A stretch of 64,000 nt of DNA from positions 1-64,000 of the forward strand of contig CAZVGK010000012.1 in the NCBI GenBank assembly GCA_964626665.1. Reading direction: 5' to 3'. How positions within the stretch are numbered: the stretch's first letter is position 1; the number at the start of each line of letters is the position of its first letter. The translations under genes were made by a program, and so were the position numbers. The notes below the pieces were generated by a model. It was not told the DNA's origin, searched no databases, and was given only the letters and a program-made list of their open reading frames with translations. This stretch comes from an uncultured Gemmatimonadota bacterium. Lineage in GTDB: Bacteria > SM23-81 > DAOVCL01. This document shows positions 40,808 through 52,903 of the stretch, piece after piece.

Positions 40808-41764
40808 TCAGAAAACGCCTGATCTCAAGATGTCATGGAGATGGATTATCCCAATGGGCCTCCTTCCCCCATCGACGACCACCAGAGAGGTTATCCCGTG
40901 TTTCTCCATCAGCCTTAAGGCCTCAGCGGCCAATTTCTCCTTACCAATAGTCTTGGGATCGGTGATCATCACATCCCTCACCTTCAGGCTAAAGATGTCC
41001 TTCCTCCTCTCCAAAAGCCTGCCCAAATCCCCATAGACGAATATACCGCAGAGCTTCCCTTTAGCATCCACTACCGTAGTTACCCCGCGGTTGCCGGTCA
41101 AAACCAAGATGGTCTCCATCATCGGGGTATCCTCAGCAACAATGGGGACCTCTTCCCCTTGCAGCATCAGGTCCTCCACCGTGAGCAGCAGGCGGCGGCC
41201 GATACTTCCTCCGGGATGGAAGTAGGCCAGGTCCTGAGGACCAAAACCCCTCCTCTCTAAGATGGCGATGGCCAAAGCATCCCCCATCACCATAGCAGCA
41301 GTGGTGCTGGTCGTGGGGACGAGATCGTTGGAGCCAGCTTCGCTCTCCACACTGCAGTCCAAGGTGAGATCGCTCTTTTTGGCCAAGAGGGAACTGGGAT
41401 TGCCGGAGAGGGAGATGATGGGCACCCCCAACCTGCGGAAAAGGGGAAGGAGCCTGAGGAGCTCATCCGTATCCCCACTCTTGGAGATCATCACCACCAC
41501 ATCGTCCCTTTGCACCAACCCCAAATCCCCATGGGCCCCTTCGGCGGCGTGGAGAAAGAAGGCCGCTGTCCCAGTGGAGGCCAGGGTGGAGGCGAGCTTC
41601 TGGGCCACTATGCCCGATTTGCCCATGCCGGTGACGATCACCCTTCCCTTACACCCCATAATGAGCTCGACGGCTCTTTCGAAGCTCTTGTTAACCCCGT
41701 TGGAGAGCCTCTCAATGGCCTCTGCCTCCCGTCTAATCACCTCCTTGGCCCGCTGGATGCTCAT
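40808..41764 (-). CDS. kdsD: Arabinose-5-phosphate isomerase (KpsF/GutQ family)
   Basis: GMGKSG, HGDLG, PTTST, FHPGG, CBS pair. Confidence 0.93.
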   Translation of the reverse strand: MSIQRAKEVIRREAEAIERLSNGVNKSFERAVELIMGCKGRVIVTGMGKSGIVAQKLASTLASTGTAAFFLHAAEGAHGDLGLVQRDDVVVMISKSGDTDELLRLLPLFRRLGVPIISLSGNPSSLLAKKSDLTLDCSVESEAGSNDLVPTTSTTAAMVMGDALAIAILERRGFGPQDLAYFHPGGSIGRRLLLTVEDLMLQGEEVPIVAEDTPMMETILVLTGNRGVTTVVDAKGKLCGIFVYGDLGRLLERRKDIFSLKVRDVMITDPKTIGKEKLAAEALRLMEKHGITSLVVVDGGRRPIGIIHLHDILRSGVF

Positions 41765-42258
41765 CGTTTTGCCTCCAGGATGAGTTCCACCAACTCCCTG
41801 ATTGCCCCCTCTCCCCCTCGGGCCTTGGTGATGTAGTGAGCCACCCCCTTCACCTCAGGTCGGGCATTAGCCACGGCCACCGCCAGGCCGGCCCTCTCCA
41901 TAGCTGGCAGGTCCTGTAGGTCATCGCCCACGGCAGCAACATCCTCACTTTTTAAACCATATCTTTTCCTCAGAGTTTCAAAGATCTCTGCCTTATCTTT
42001 CACCCCAAGCCATATCTCTTTCACCCCCAAGCCCTCCGCCCTCCTCTGGGTAGCGGCCAACTGCTTGGCCGTCACAAAGGCGATGACAATGCCTGCCTCC
42101 TGGGCCCTGACGATCCCCTTGCCGTCCTGAATATCAAACCGGGCATACTCCCTCCCCTCCTGATCAACCCATATCCCCCCATCGGTAAGCACTCCATCCA
42201 CATCAAGGAAGAGGAGCTTGATTTGCTTAAGCTTGCGCAAGAGGTTAAAGGATCTCAT
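41761..42258 (-). CDS. kdsC: KDO-8-phosphate phosphatase
   Basis: DVDGVLTDG, VGDDLQD, GGEGAIRE. Confidence 0.92.
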   Translation of the reverse strand: MRSFNLLRKLKQIKLLFLDVDGVLTDGGIWVDQEGREYARFDIQDGKGIVRAQEAGIVIAFVTAKQLAATQRRAEGLGVKEIWLGVKDKAEIFETLRKRYGLKSEDVAAVGDDLQDLPAMERAGLAVAVANARPEVKGVAHYITKARGGEGAIRELVELILEAKR

Positions 42259-43078
42259 CCCACCCCCTGGTCATCTCCGCCAACTCCTTGACCTCACGCA
42301 GGAGCTTTTCTAACTCCCCTAGGGGCCACTGCGAGGCCGAGTCGCTGAGGGCCTCCTGGGGTTGGGGATGAACCTCCAAGTAGATGGCCTGGCAACCGGC
42401 GGCAACTGCTGCCCGCAAAAGGGGGGGGACAAACTCTCTCTGGCCCCCGGAGCTCCCCTGCCCGCCTCCGGGAAGCTGCACGCTGTGGGTGCCATCAAAG
42501 ACTACCGGGTAACCTAACTTGCCCATTATGGCCAGGGCTCTCATATCCACCACTAAATTACCGTAACCAAAGAAGGTCCCTCGCTCGGTAAGGAGTATCT
42601 GTCCATTCCCCACTGACTCCACCTTTGCGGCAATGTAGCCCATATCCTGGGGGGCCATAAACTGCCCCTTCTTTATATTCAGGGGCAACCCAGAACGGGC
42701 AGCCTGGAGGACAAGCCCTGTCTGCCGACAGAGGAAGGCCGGAATCTGAATGACATCGACCACCTGGGCTGCGGCCTCCACATCGCTAACACAGTGCACA
42801 TCGGTAAGTATGGGGATATCCAACTCCTCCTTTACCTTGGCTAAAATCCTCAACCCCTCCTTTAGGCCTGGTCCGGTGAAGGAGTTGATGCTCAAGCGGT
42901 TGGCCTTGGAGTAGGAAGATTTGAAGATAAAGGGGATATTTAGCCTTTGGGCGATCCCTTTGATCTTGGCTGCGGTCTCCAGGACCATCCCCTCTGACTC
43001 GATCACACAGGGGCCAGCGATCAAGGCCAGGGGTCTACCCGGACCAATGATGATATCTCTTACCTTTACCTCTTTCAT
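42245..43078 (-). CDS. kdsA: KDO-8-phosphate synthase
   Basis: IAGPCVIE, KANR, QIPAFLCRQT, KKGQF, DGTHSVQ. Confidence 0.96.
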   Translation of the reverse strand: MKEVKVRDIIIGPGRPLALIAGPCVIESEGMVLETAAKIKGIAQRLNIPFIFKSSYSKANRLSINSFTGPGLKEGLRILAKVKEELDIPILTDVHCVSDVEAAAQVVDVIQIPAFLCRQTGLVLQAARSGLPLNIKKGQFMAPQDMGYIAAKVESVGNGQILLTERGTFFGYGNLVVDMRALAIMGKLGYPVVFDGTHSVQLPGGGQGSSGGQREFVPPLLRAAVAAGCQAIYLEVHPQPQEALSDSASQWPLGELEKLLREVKELAEMTRGWDEIL

Positions 43079-43280
43079 AGTCTTATCGTTTTTTATCAGT
43101 CACCACGGGACACCATAGCGCAGCAAAGCCGCAACCAAACAATTCACCGCAAAGTCGCAAAGGACGCAAAGTTTAAAGATTATTAACTATCGTTTTATTT
43201 TATCTCTCTCTTGCTTTTTATTTCCTCTGCGATCACCGAGGTGGCAGAACCCCGATTCTGCCACCCTCCTATTGTTTTCA

Positions 43281-43397
43281 AATTAGCAAGTTAAAATGAA
43301 ACCAGAAAATCCTGAGGTGTGATGTCATTTTCCATTGATAATTGATCATTGTTCATTGATCATTTCTTGTCTGTCCGTGGTTATCAGCGGTGATCAA

Positions 43398-43401
<4 letters not shown>
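43281..43401. repeat. About 125-bp dispersed MITE-like repeat (inverted copy at 51864-51988)
   Basis: Shared blocks aattagcaagttaaaa, gaaaatcctgaggtg, cattgataatt, catttctt.tctgtccgtgg, gtga.caattac. Confidence 0.8.
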
Positions 43402-45848
<2,447 letters not shown>

Positions 45849-45875
45849 CCTATACCAAACGGGAGTGATTGTCAA

Positions 45876-45907
45876 TAAAAAAATACGGTGACACCTCACC
45901 ACCGTAT
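45876..45907 (-). terminator. Intrinsic terminator after gatC
   Basis: ATACGGTG/CACCGTAT stem followed by a U-run on the minus strand. Confidence 0.5.
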
Positions 45908-45936
45908 CCAAATTGGCATTTTAGGTTAGTTAGCAT

Positions 45937-46224
45937 CTAATCCAAAACCCGGGGGACCTGGAAATACCCCTTCCATTTCTGAGGAGCATTGCGCAAGGCC
46001 TCCTCCTGCGGGAGGGAACCCTGCACCACATCCTCCCTGAAAACATCCTTTGAGGAAGCACCAAGGGATAAAGGCGGAACATCCCTCAGATCGAGCTCAT
46101 TTAACTGCCCCACATACTCCAATATCCTCCCCAACTGGATGGAGTAGCGCTCCTTCTCCTCTGGGGTGAGCTTTAGTCGGGCCAGCCTGGCTATATGTTC
46201 CACCTCTTTGATCGGCACCCTCAT
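45937..46224 (-). CDS. gatC: Asp/Glu-tRNA amidotransferase subunit C
   Basis: VEHIARLARL, ILEYVGQL, FRED, LRNAP, YFQVPRV. Confidence 0.93.
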   Translation of the reverse strand: MRVPIKEVEHIARLARLKLTPEEKERYSIQLGRILEYVGQLNELDLRDVPPLSLGASSKDVFREDVVQGSLPQEEALRNAPQKWKGYFQVPRVLD

Positions 46225-46459
46225 CTTCTTAAATTTACCACCTTACCTGCCAAAAAGCAAGGAGTTTTTGCGAGGAAATTTACCCCTCAGATCCCCTTTG
46301 CCCATCTTCTACCCGGGATTATTCATAAACTGATGATGAATTCACTATTTAAAGGTGCCCCTATTATCCCGTAGGGACAGACCTTTAGGTCTGTCCCTAA
46401 AAGGCGGAACCCCCGGTGGTTGAAAATAGCCAGGGGGGGTTATAAATGAATAAACCGGC

Positions 46460-47545
46460 TTAGCGGGCACAGCGGAAGCCGGTCGAGTTTGTCCGCAAGA
46501 GGGGGCAATTATCCCTCCGTCTATCATCTGGGCTAAGGTAAGAGATGGTTGCCTTCCATCCACCACCCTTTAAGGCCCTATAGGTACAGATAGTGGCATA
46601 ACCCATATTACCTACCCCATCATTGCACCATTCCCAGCAATTTCCCATCATATCGCTTATTCCCCAGGGGCTATCCCCTTGAGGGCTATAACTGCCTACT
46701 GGAGCTGCATAAGGGAAGCCATCGCCGCTAAATCCTTTATAAGTGTATCCTTTGTATCCCAGCCTCCAGTTGCAGAGGTTATAAAAAGGGGGATTCTGAT
46801 TGTTGAAGAAACCGTCTCCCCAAGGGAAGCTAAGATTATCTACCTGACCTGAGGCCAAATCCCATTCATAGAGTGTGGGTAACCTCTTCCCCGCCCATTT
46901 ACTATAAGCATAGGCCTCAAACCAGGAGACTCCAGTAACTGGAGAATGGGGAGAGTTTGAGTAAGGGTCACCTGAGAAGTAGGGCATCTTCTTAAAGTCC
47001 CAAAACCTAGGACAGTTCCATTCATAAGTAATGTTATTATTCCACCCTATTTCGGGTTTAGTTACACTTCCATCGGTAATTAGCCAATATTCCCTTTGAC
47101 CATATCCCCCTAATTCCACAAATGCTGCGAACTCCTCATTTGTCACCTCGTATTTGTCTAAGTAGAATGTTTTCTTTCCCTTGGTGATCTTGATCATCTC
47201 CCCGCCAAAGCCTGTCCCATCGTAGGCCAGCAGAAGAGGAGGGAAGACAAGGGAGTCTCCCTTGTAGTCAACCCAGATACATCTGTCCCTCCCCGATTGG
47301 ATCTTCCCCCCGATATCACCATAAACGAGCTTGGATGGTTGCTTAAGGAAGGAGGAGTCCTTTGGGGAGAGCCTAAGCCGCACCTCCAATCTATCATCGT
47401 CTTCATCGAAGAGGTCGTATATTATCTTGGCCTTTCCCGGGGCAGGATGAATCATCCGCACATTGGTGATCATCGGCAAAGAGTTGGCGTTGCACTCAGC
47501 AGTTACTACCAAAGTGAGAAAAAATATAATCAGTGATCTAATCAT
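46460..47545 (-). CDS. Secreted FGE-sulfatase (SUMF1/EgtB/PvdO) domain protein
   Basis: KYEVTN, PVTGVSWFEA, RLPTLYEW, DMMGNCWEW, GFRC; start trimmed to the signal-peptide ATG. Confidence 0.85.
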   Translation of the reverse strand: MIRSLIIFFLTLVVTAECNANSLPMITNVRMIHPAPGKAKIIYDLFDEDDDRLEVRLRLSPKDSSFLKQPSKLVYGDIGGKIQSGRDRCIWVDYKGDSLVFPPLLLAYDGTGFGGEMIKITKGKKTFYLDKYEVTNEEFAAFVELGGYGQREYWLITDGSVTKPEIGWNNNITYEWNCPRFWDFKKMPYFSGDPYSNSPHSPVTGVSWFEAYAYSKWAGKRLPTLYEWDLASGQVDNLSFPWGDGFFNNQNPPFYNLCNWRLGYKGYTYKGFSGDGFPYAAPVGSYSPQGDSPWGISDMMGNCWEWCNDGVGNMGYATICTYRALKGGGWKATISYLSPDDRRRDNCPLLRTNSTGFRCAR

Positions 47546-47781
47546 TAACCTGAATAATTCGTATGCCACAAAGGCACCAAGCCTCAAAAGAGTCGATCCC
47601 AAAGGCGAGGTGGCAGAACCCCGATTCTGCCACCCTCCTGCCTTCAGGTGAGGGCACCTACCAGCTCGGTGGGAGAACGGTTAGATGAGGACATCTGACC
47701 ACTTACTTTGTCATAAATTGAACTACTTTTATGTTTTTAATTCTCAGCGACTTAGGGGCTTCGTGGCTAAATTTGTGATCG

Positions 47782-48936
47782 TTAAAGAACTTTCATTTCC
47801 TCCCCAATAAAGGGGGCAATCAGGTTGGTCAAAACCCCAATGAAAATAGATCCCACCCAGAAGGAAATAAGAAGCCAAATGGTTGTCTTCCTCCCCACCA
47901 CCTTCAAGAGGAGGGGAATAGAACTAATGCAGATCCCCGCTCCCGAAATGGTAAAGGTCAGGGCATGGCCCAGAGGCATCCCCATCTGCATAAAAGGGGA
48001 GAGGATAAGCACCTCAGCCCCGGAGCAGAGATGGATGGGAATACCTGTTGAGGCCATAGCCAAAAGGCCTCCCAGGTTATTCTGCATAAACATTTTCACA
48101 AAGCTGCTGGGCAAAAGGACGGCAAACACCGATCCAAAGAGAAGCCCCAAACCAATAAACCTAAAGAGGGAGACAATATATCTCCAGGTTCCCAGAGGGA
48201 AGGGGAGCCTGACAGCCAGACTCTGGGATCTGACAGCCAGACTCTGGGATCTGACGCCCTTGGGCTCAGCCGGAGGTTCTCTCTCCTGAGGAGAATTTTC
48301 CCATAACATGCTGATAAGAAACCCACTGGAGATAGCGAGAAGAAAGGTAAATGTGATACGCAGAAGGGCATATCTAACCCCCAATACACCCCAGGAGAGG
48401 ACGATTACTATGGGACTGAGAATAGGGGTTGTTATGAGGAAAACCAGAACCACCTTCTTGCTCAGGTGAGGCTGCTCAAGCATAGCTTTGACGATGGGGA
48501 TCACTCCACAGGAACAGAGAGGCAAAACTGCAGCCAGAAGAAAGGAAGAGAAGATGTTTCTGGGCCACAGCTTGAAGCTAATTCGGCCGATTAGGCTAGC
48601 CATAAAGCATCCCAAGATGAAGATAGGGATGGTGGTAGCGCTGTGGGCAAATATGAGCTGAGGGAATTGGGTGGCGATCTCTGAGAGGTTATATCCCTGA
48701 CCTACGGTGAAGAGAGGGCAGGAGCGGCAGGCGGCGAAAAAGGAGCTCCTCAACCCCCAGGAGAAGTAGAGAAGAACCAGGGATCCACCCACCAGGATGG
48801 AGGTTAAGCCAGCCTGCAGGGGATAATTTAGGGATAACCTTAATCCCCTGAGGGGGCGCAACCTTCTCAGCCAAGGATAGACCAAGAGTATCAAAAAGAA
48901 ACCAGTAAAGAGATAGCCAATGATTACCTGACTCAT
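47782..48936 (-). CDS. Permease, DUF318/ArsP-like family
   Basis: LPLCSCGVIP, FLITTPILSP, IPIHLCSGAE; extra N-terminal CRSC. Confidence 0.8.
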   Translation of the reverse strand: MSQVIIGYLFTGFFLILLVYPWLRRLRPLRGLRLSLNYPLQAGLTSILVGGSLVLLYFSWGLRSSFFAACRSCPLFTVGQGYNLSEIATQFPQLIFAHSATTIPIFILGCFMASLIGRISFKLWPRNIFSSFLLAAVLPLCSCGVIPIVKAMLEQPHLSKKVVLVFLITTPILSPIVIVLSWGVLGVRYALLRITFTFLLAISSGFLISMLWENSPQEREPPAEPKGVRSQSLAVRSQSLAVRLPFPLGTWRYIVSLFRFIGLGLLFGSVFAVLLPSSFVKMFMQNNLGGLLAMASTGIPIHLCSGAEVLILSPFMQMGMPLGHALTFTISGAGICISSIPLLLKVVGRKTTIWLLISFWVGSIFIGVLTNLIAPFIGEEMKVL

Positions 48937-48998
48937 AGCATGCTCCGAAGTGCGAAACCTTCCTTATAAGGATGGGGAATGCTCCTAAAGGGAACTGG

Positions 48999-50158
48999 TT
49001 AATTCCCTCCGGCCTCCTTGTAGCGGGCGATGAACTCCTGGAGGTACTGTCCCGCAATCCCCACATTGTGAATGATCAGGGTGTTTTCATCGTTTAACTG
49101 CTCGGCGCTGGAGGTCCAATTTTGGGAGCCAGTGATCACAATCGGTCCGTTCTTTAGGGAATTGGGTCAATGAACATATATTTGTGATGGAGGATGCCTC
49201 CCCCCTCCACTCTGCTGAAGTAGACCGAAGGGCGAGGGTTCCAGCTCTCCTTCATCGTAGAATACTCGCTCAAATTCTCTGTATTCCAATAGTAATCAAA
49301 GACCCCGGCCAGGCTCACCCCATTGCGAAATCTTTCCTGAATGGCACTGGCAATGCTTTGTGCCGCCCAACCTCTGGAGAAGGCAAAAATGCAGAAGTCG
49401 ATGTTATGATCTGCGGTCTCAATTGTTTTAACTATCTTCTCCGTAGCTCCGTCCGTGGGACAGAAGTAGAGCTCAACCAGACTTTCATTTATGATAAATT
49501 TGTGCGCGGTGTTGTTGGCCTTTCGGCCATGGAACCGCGATTTAGTGCTGTCAGGGGTATCTGTTGCTGATCCCCACATCTCCTCAAACTCCTGAGTATA
49601 GGCCTGAGCGAGGAAGCTGCTCTGTATCTCTATGACATTATTGGCATTTCTTCGGGTGCCATTCTCCGTAATATTGTAGGAACCGGTCCATATCCAGTCA
49701 TCACCTGTGGATGTCTTATCCCGATAGTCGAAGACGGTGAACTTGTTGTGCATAAATCCCTCCCCGTCATTCTTGCCGAAACTGTCGTCAATAACCGGTA
49801 TGCCATTCTCCCTCAGTTCAGCTATCTCATACTCACCGGCATTTTCGTTTTCGGTGATGAACCGCACAGCGACTCCCCTTTTCTTGGCTGCAATCAAGGC
49901 AGCGGTAACATCTTGTAGGTTCAAGTGGTAGAAGCAGGCATCGATGGAGTATCCGGCCTGATCAATTCGATTGATGAGCTTTCGATCCAATTTTACATTG
50001 CCATTGGCCAGCTCTGGATCATTCACGCTTTTGTTGAAATAGACATTCCAAGCTCCCTGCTCCGAGGGTAGGTTATTGTTTAATATTCTCCTCTCCCTCT
50101 TCCCACAGCCTAAGAAGATGAGGAGTAAGATAAAGGGCAATAGGTAAAGTCTCTTCAA
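48999..50158 (-). pseudogene. Phospholipase D-family lipoprotein with a 1-nt frameshift in the second HKD module
   Basis: HKD1 MHNKFTVFD...TGSYN; HKD2 LHHKYMFID followed by a stop; another frame continues IVITGSQNW...NDENTLII to TAA at 48999. Confidence 0.8.
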
Positions 50159-50205
50159 ATTCCCTCCCCCTGAGAATATAGGCCTTCTCCGCTCTTTGTC
50201 AAACC

Positions 50206-50234
50206 AAAAAAGGGCAAGGATTCTTGCCCTTTTT
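50206..50234. terminator. Bidirectional intrinsic terminator
   Basis: aaaaaAGGGCAAG-gatt-CTTGCCCTtttt. Confidence 0.65.
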
Positions 50235-50426
50235 ACGGAAACAAGTCAGAACACCCCGTACTGTGAGGGGAGATAAATGACATCCTTACTAGTCCCCTCT
50301 CCCCCGGCGGGGGAAGGTGGGACCGAATATAATCTTCACCCCCTCCTTAGTCCTCCCCCATCAGGGGGAGGAAACTGTTTCAGATGCTCCCCCAAGTCTT
50401 AGCTATATTTCCGGCAAATCTTCCTC

Positions 50427-51803
50427 CTATATTACCCTCTTCTTCCAGACACCAGTAGAAAAGAGCACAATGGCCACAGTTGCCCCAACGATGTTGCTGA
50501 TGGCCATTCCCATCCAAACCCCCGTTGACCCTTTGGAGAGGTAAAAGGCAAAGAGCCAGCAGAGGGGGACCCGCAGGGCCCAAAGCCTGGAGAGCTCCAT
50601 TATCATTGTGGGAACATTGTGCCCTGAACCCTGGAAGACTGCTCCTGCCGCGCGGAACAGGCCAAAGAAGGGCATACCTAAGACGAATATGGAAATAAAT
50701 TTTACCCCTTCCTCTATTATGTCCGGGCGATTGGGGATAAAGAATGAGAAAGCTGGCTTCCTCAATAGCCACAGGATAGCGGCTTCAGCCATCAATATCA
50801 GGAACATAAGCGCACTACCCCTCCGGGCTGTAGCCTCGGCGCGGGCGATCTTTCCCGCTCCCAAGCTTTGCCCTAAGATAGTGGTCAGGCCCACCCCCAA
50901 GCCTTCAATACAGATAAACATCAGGTGGATTATCCGATCACCTATCCCATAGGCGGCCAGGGCAATGGAAGCATTGGGTACCCTGCCGATTATGGCCATC
51001 AAGACCACAAAGCCAAATGCCGTCCCCGAATTCCCGATGGAGGCCGGGAGGCCAATCTTAAATATCTTAGAGATCCACTGCCACCTTGGCCTCAGGGAGG
51101 ATAACTTCAGTCGGACACCCCTTTTGCCTTTAAAGAGGATATAGAAGGCAATAACCGATGAGATCGCCTGACAGATGACTGTGGCCAAGGCTGCCCCCAG
51201 GACCCCCAGCTTAGGCAGAGGCCCCAGGCCGAAGATGAGCAGGGGATCGAGTATAAGATTGAGTAAAACCGTTACCCCACTTACCAACATCGGGGTGACC
51301 GTATCTCCGTAAGCTTGCAGAACAGAGGCGAAGAGGAAGGAAGCAAACATAAAAGGCATCCCCAAGAAGATGACCTGAATATACAGGATGGCCACATCGG
51401 TAACCCCTCTGGAATGGGTAATTAAGGGAAGAAGGTAGGGAGAGAGAATGTAGCCTAACCCACCGATGAGCAGGCCAAAGACAAAAGAGAGGGAGTAAAC
51501 TTGCCCACAGGAGAGGTCAGCCTTCTCCCCTTTACCAGCTCCGGTATATTGGGAGATGAGGGCCACTCCCGCAGCAGCAAAGCCAGCAGCAAATGAGATA
51601 AGCAGGAAGACTATGGGCCAGGATATCTGGAGGCCAGCTACGGCTACACCACTTTCCTCTTTGGGCAGGTGGCCTAGCCAGAAGGTATCGGCGAGGTTGT
51701 AGAGAACCTGGAGGATGGTAGTGACCATTACCGGCCACCCAAGCCTGAAGATCGTCCTTATTATGGGGCCCCCAAGAATATCCTCTCTGGAAACCTTGCT
51801 CAT
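50427..51803 (-). CDS. MATE family efflux transporter
   Basis: YNLADTFWLG, GDTVTPM, LDPLLIFG, GAALAT; start trimmed to ATG 51803. Confidence 0.93.
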   Translation of the reverse strand: MSKVSREDILGGPIIRTIFRLGWPVMVTTILQVLYNLADTFWLGHLPKEESGVAVAGLQISWPIVFLLISFAAGFAAAGVALISQYTGAGKGEKADLSCGQVYSLSFVFGLLIGGLGYILSPYLLPLITHSRGVTDVAILYIQVIFLGMPFMFASFLFASVLQAYGDTVTPMLVSGVTVLLNLILDPLLIFGLGPLPKLGVLGAALATVICQAISSVIAFYILFKGKRGVRLKLSSLRPRWQWISKIFKIGLPASIGNSGTAFGFVVLMAIIGRVPNASIALAAYGIGDRIIHLMFICIEGLGVGLTTILGQSLGAGKIARAEATARRGSALMFLILMAEAAILWLLRKPAFSFFIPNRPDIIEEGVKFISIFVLGMPFFGLFRAAGAVFQGSGHNVPTMIMELSRLWALRVPLCWLFAFYLSKGSTGVWMGMAISNIVGATVAIVLFSTGVWKKRVI

Positions 51804-51863
51804 AGAACCCAAGGAAACATTACACCCTCCCCTTGTCAAGAAGGATTCCAGCTTAAGATCATC

Positions 51864-52036
51864 GTAATTGTTCACCACTGAGAGCCACGGACAGATAAGA
51901 AATGGTCAATTATCAATGATTAATTATCAATGAAAAATGGCACGCACCTCAGGATTTTCAGGCTTCATCTCCTTTTAACTTGCTAATTGTTAATTGCTAA
52001 TTGATCATTGTATACAATTCCGTGGTGAACTGTTAC
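51864..52036. repeat. MITE-like element with imperfect terminal inverted repeats
   Basis: gtaattgttcaccac ... gtggtgaactgttac (13/15 match); interior homologous to 43281-43401. Confidence 0.7.
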
Positions 52037-52151
52037 AGATTATGTTAAGGTAATGCCATCCCTCTGGAGTCAGAATGCCCCTTCTCACAAAAATCCCTTG
52101 CAATGTTTATTTAATTTTGATATATATGTGGAGTTGAAAAGAGAGGATGAA

Positions 52152-52649
52152 ATGTATTGGTTTGATGTCCTCATAATTATCATCATTGGTCTGAGCGTGA
52201 TCTATAGCTTTATCAGAGGGTTAATCAGGGAGCTCTTCGCCCTGGGGGCCGTATGCTTTGGTTTTGTCATCGCCTGCCGCATTTATCCTTTAGGGCAAGG
52301 GTTAATTTCACCCCTAATCCATAATTCGGATATATCCGCCCTGCTGAGCTTTATACTCATATTTCTCTTCGTTGCAGCCCTGATCGTCATACTCGGAGCA
52401 ATTCTAAGCAGACTTATCCACTTCATCAGGTTAGGATGGGCAGACAGGTTAATTGGGGGATTCTTTGGCCTCCTCAAGGGGCTCCTCATCTCCGGCATCA
52501 TCTGCATCATCACCGTGGGTTTCATCCCCCAAGGGAAGAAAACCATCAAAAAATCAGCTCTCGCTCCTGGTTTGCTCAAGTTGACCAAGCAGGCAGCAAA
52601 GTTGCTCCCGGGAACCATTAGGGAGAGATTTACTGGTATTGGCATTTGA
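52152..52649 (+). CDS. cvpA: CvpA family (colicin V production) membrane protein
   Basis: MYWFDVLIII, RGLIRE, DRLIGGFFGLLKG. Confidence 0.88.
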   Translation: MYWFDVLIIIIIGLSVIYSFIRGLIRELFALGAVCFGFVIACRIYPLGQGLISPLIHNSDISALLSFILIFLFVAALIVILGAILSRLIHFIRLGWADRLIGGFFGLLKGLLISGIICIITVGFIPQGKKTIKKSALAPGLLKLTKQAAKLLPGTIRERFTGIGI

Positions 52650-52903
52650 GGAACCTGGGCATTTGGAAATTATCTGGAAACACCGAAATGTTCCTCCCCT
52701 CTACCCTAAGGGGGAACTCCACCCAAACGAGGACGCCTGGGCAACTCTTGTAGTTACAGTAAGCTGTTGTTGGGATTTAATATCTGAACAAGTCACCGAC
52801 TGCTTCCTTGAGTCGGCAACCCAATTTCGCGGATGATAACTCCAGGCAGAAGGGAGAGGCACTTTTTTAATGGATCGGAGGGGAAGGATCTCTTAACCAG
52901 AGG

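Noticed and set aside
49154-49156. Stop-codon readthrough in the PLD gene
   Set aside because: The stop is TAA and the continuation is in another frame, so this is a frameshift rather than recoding
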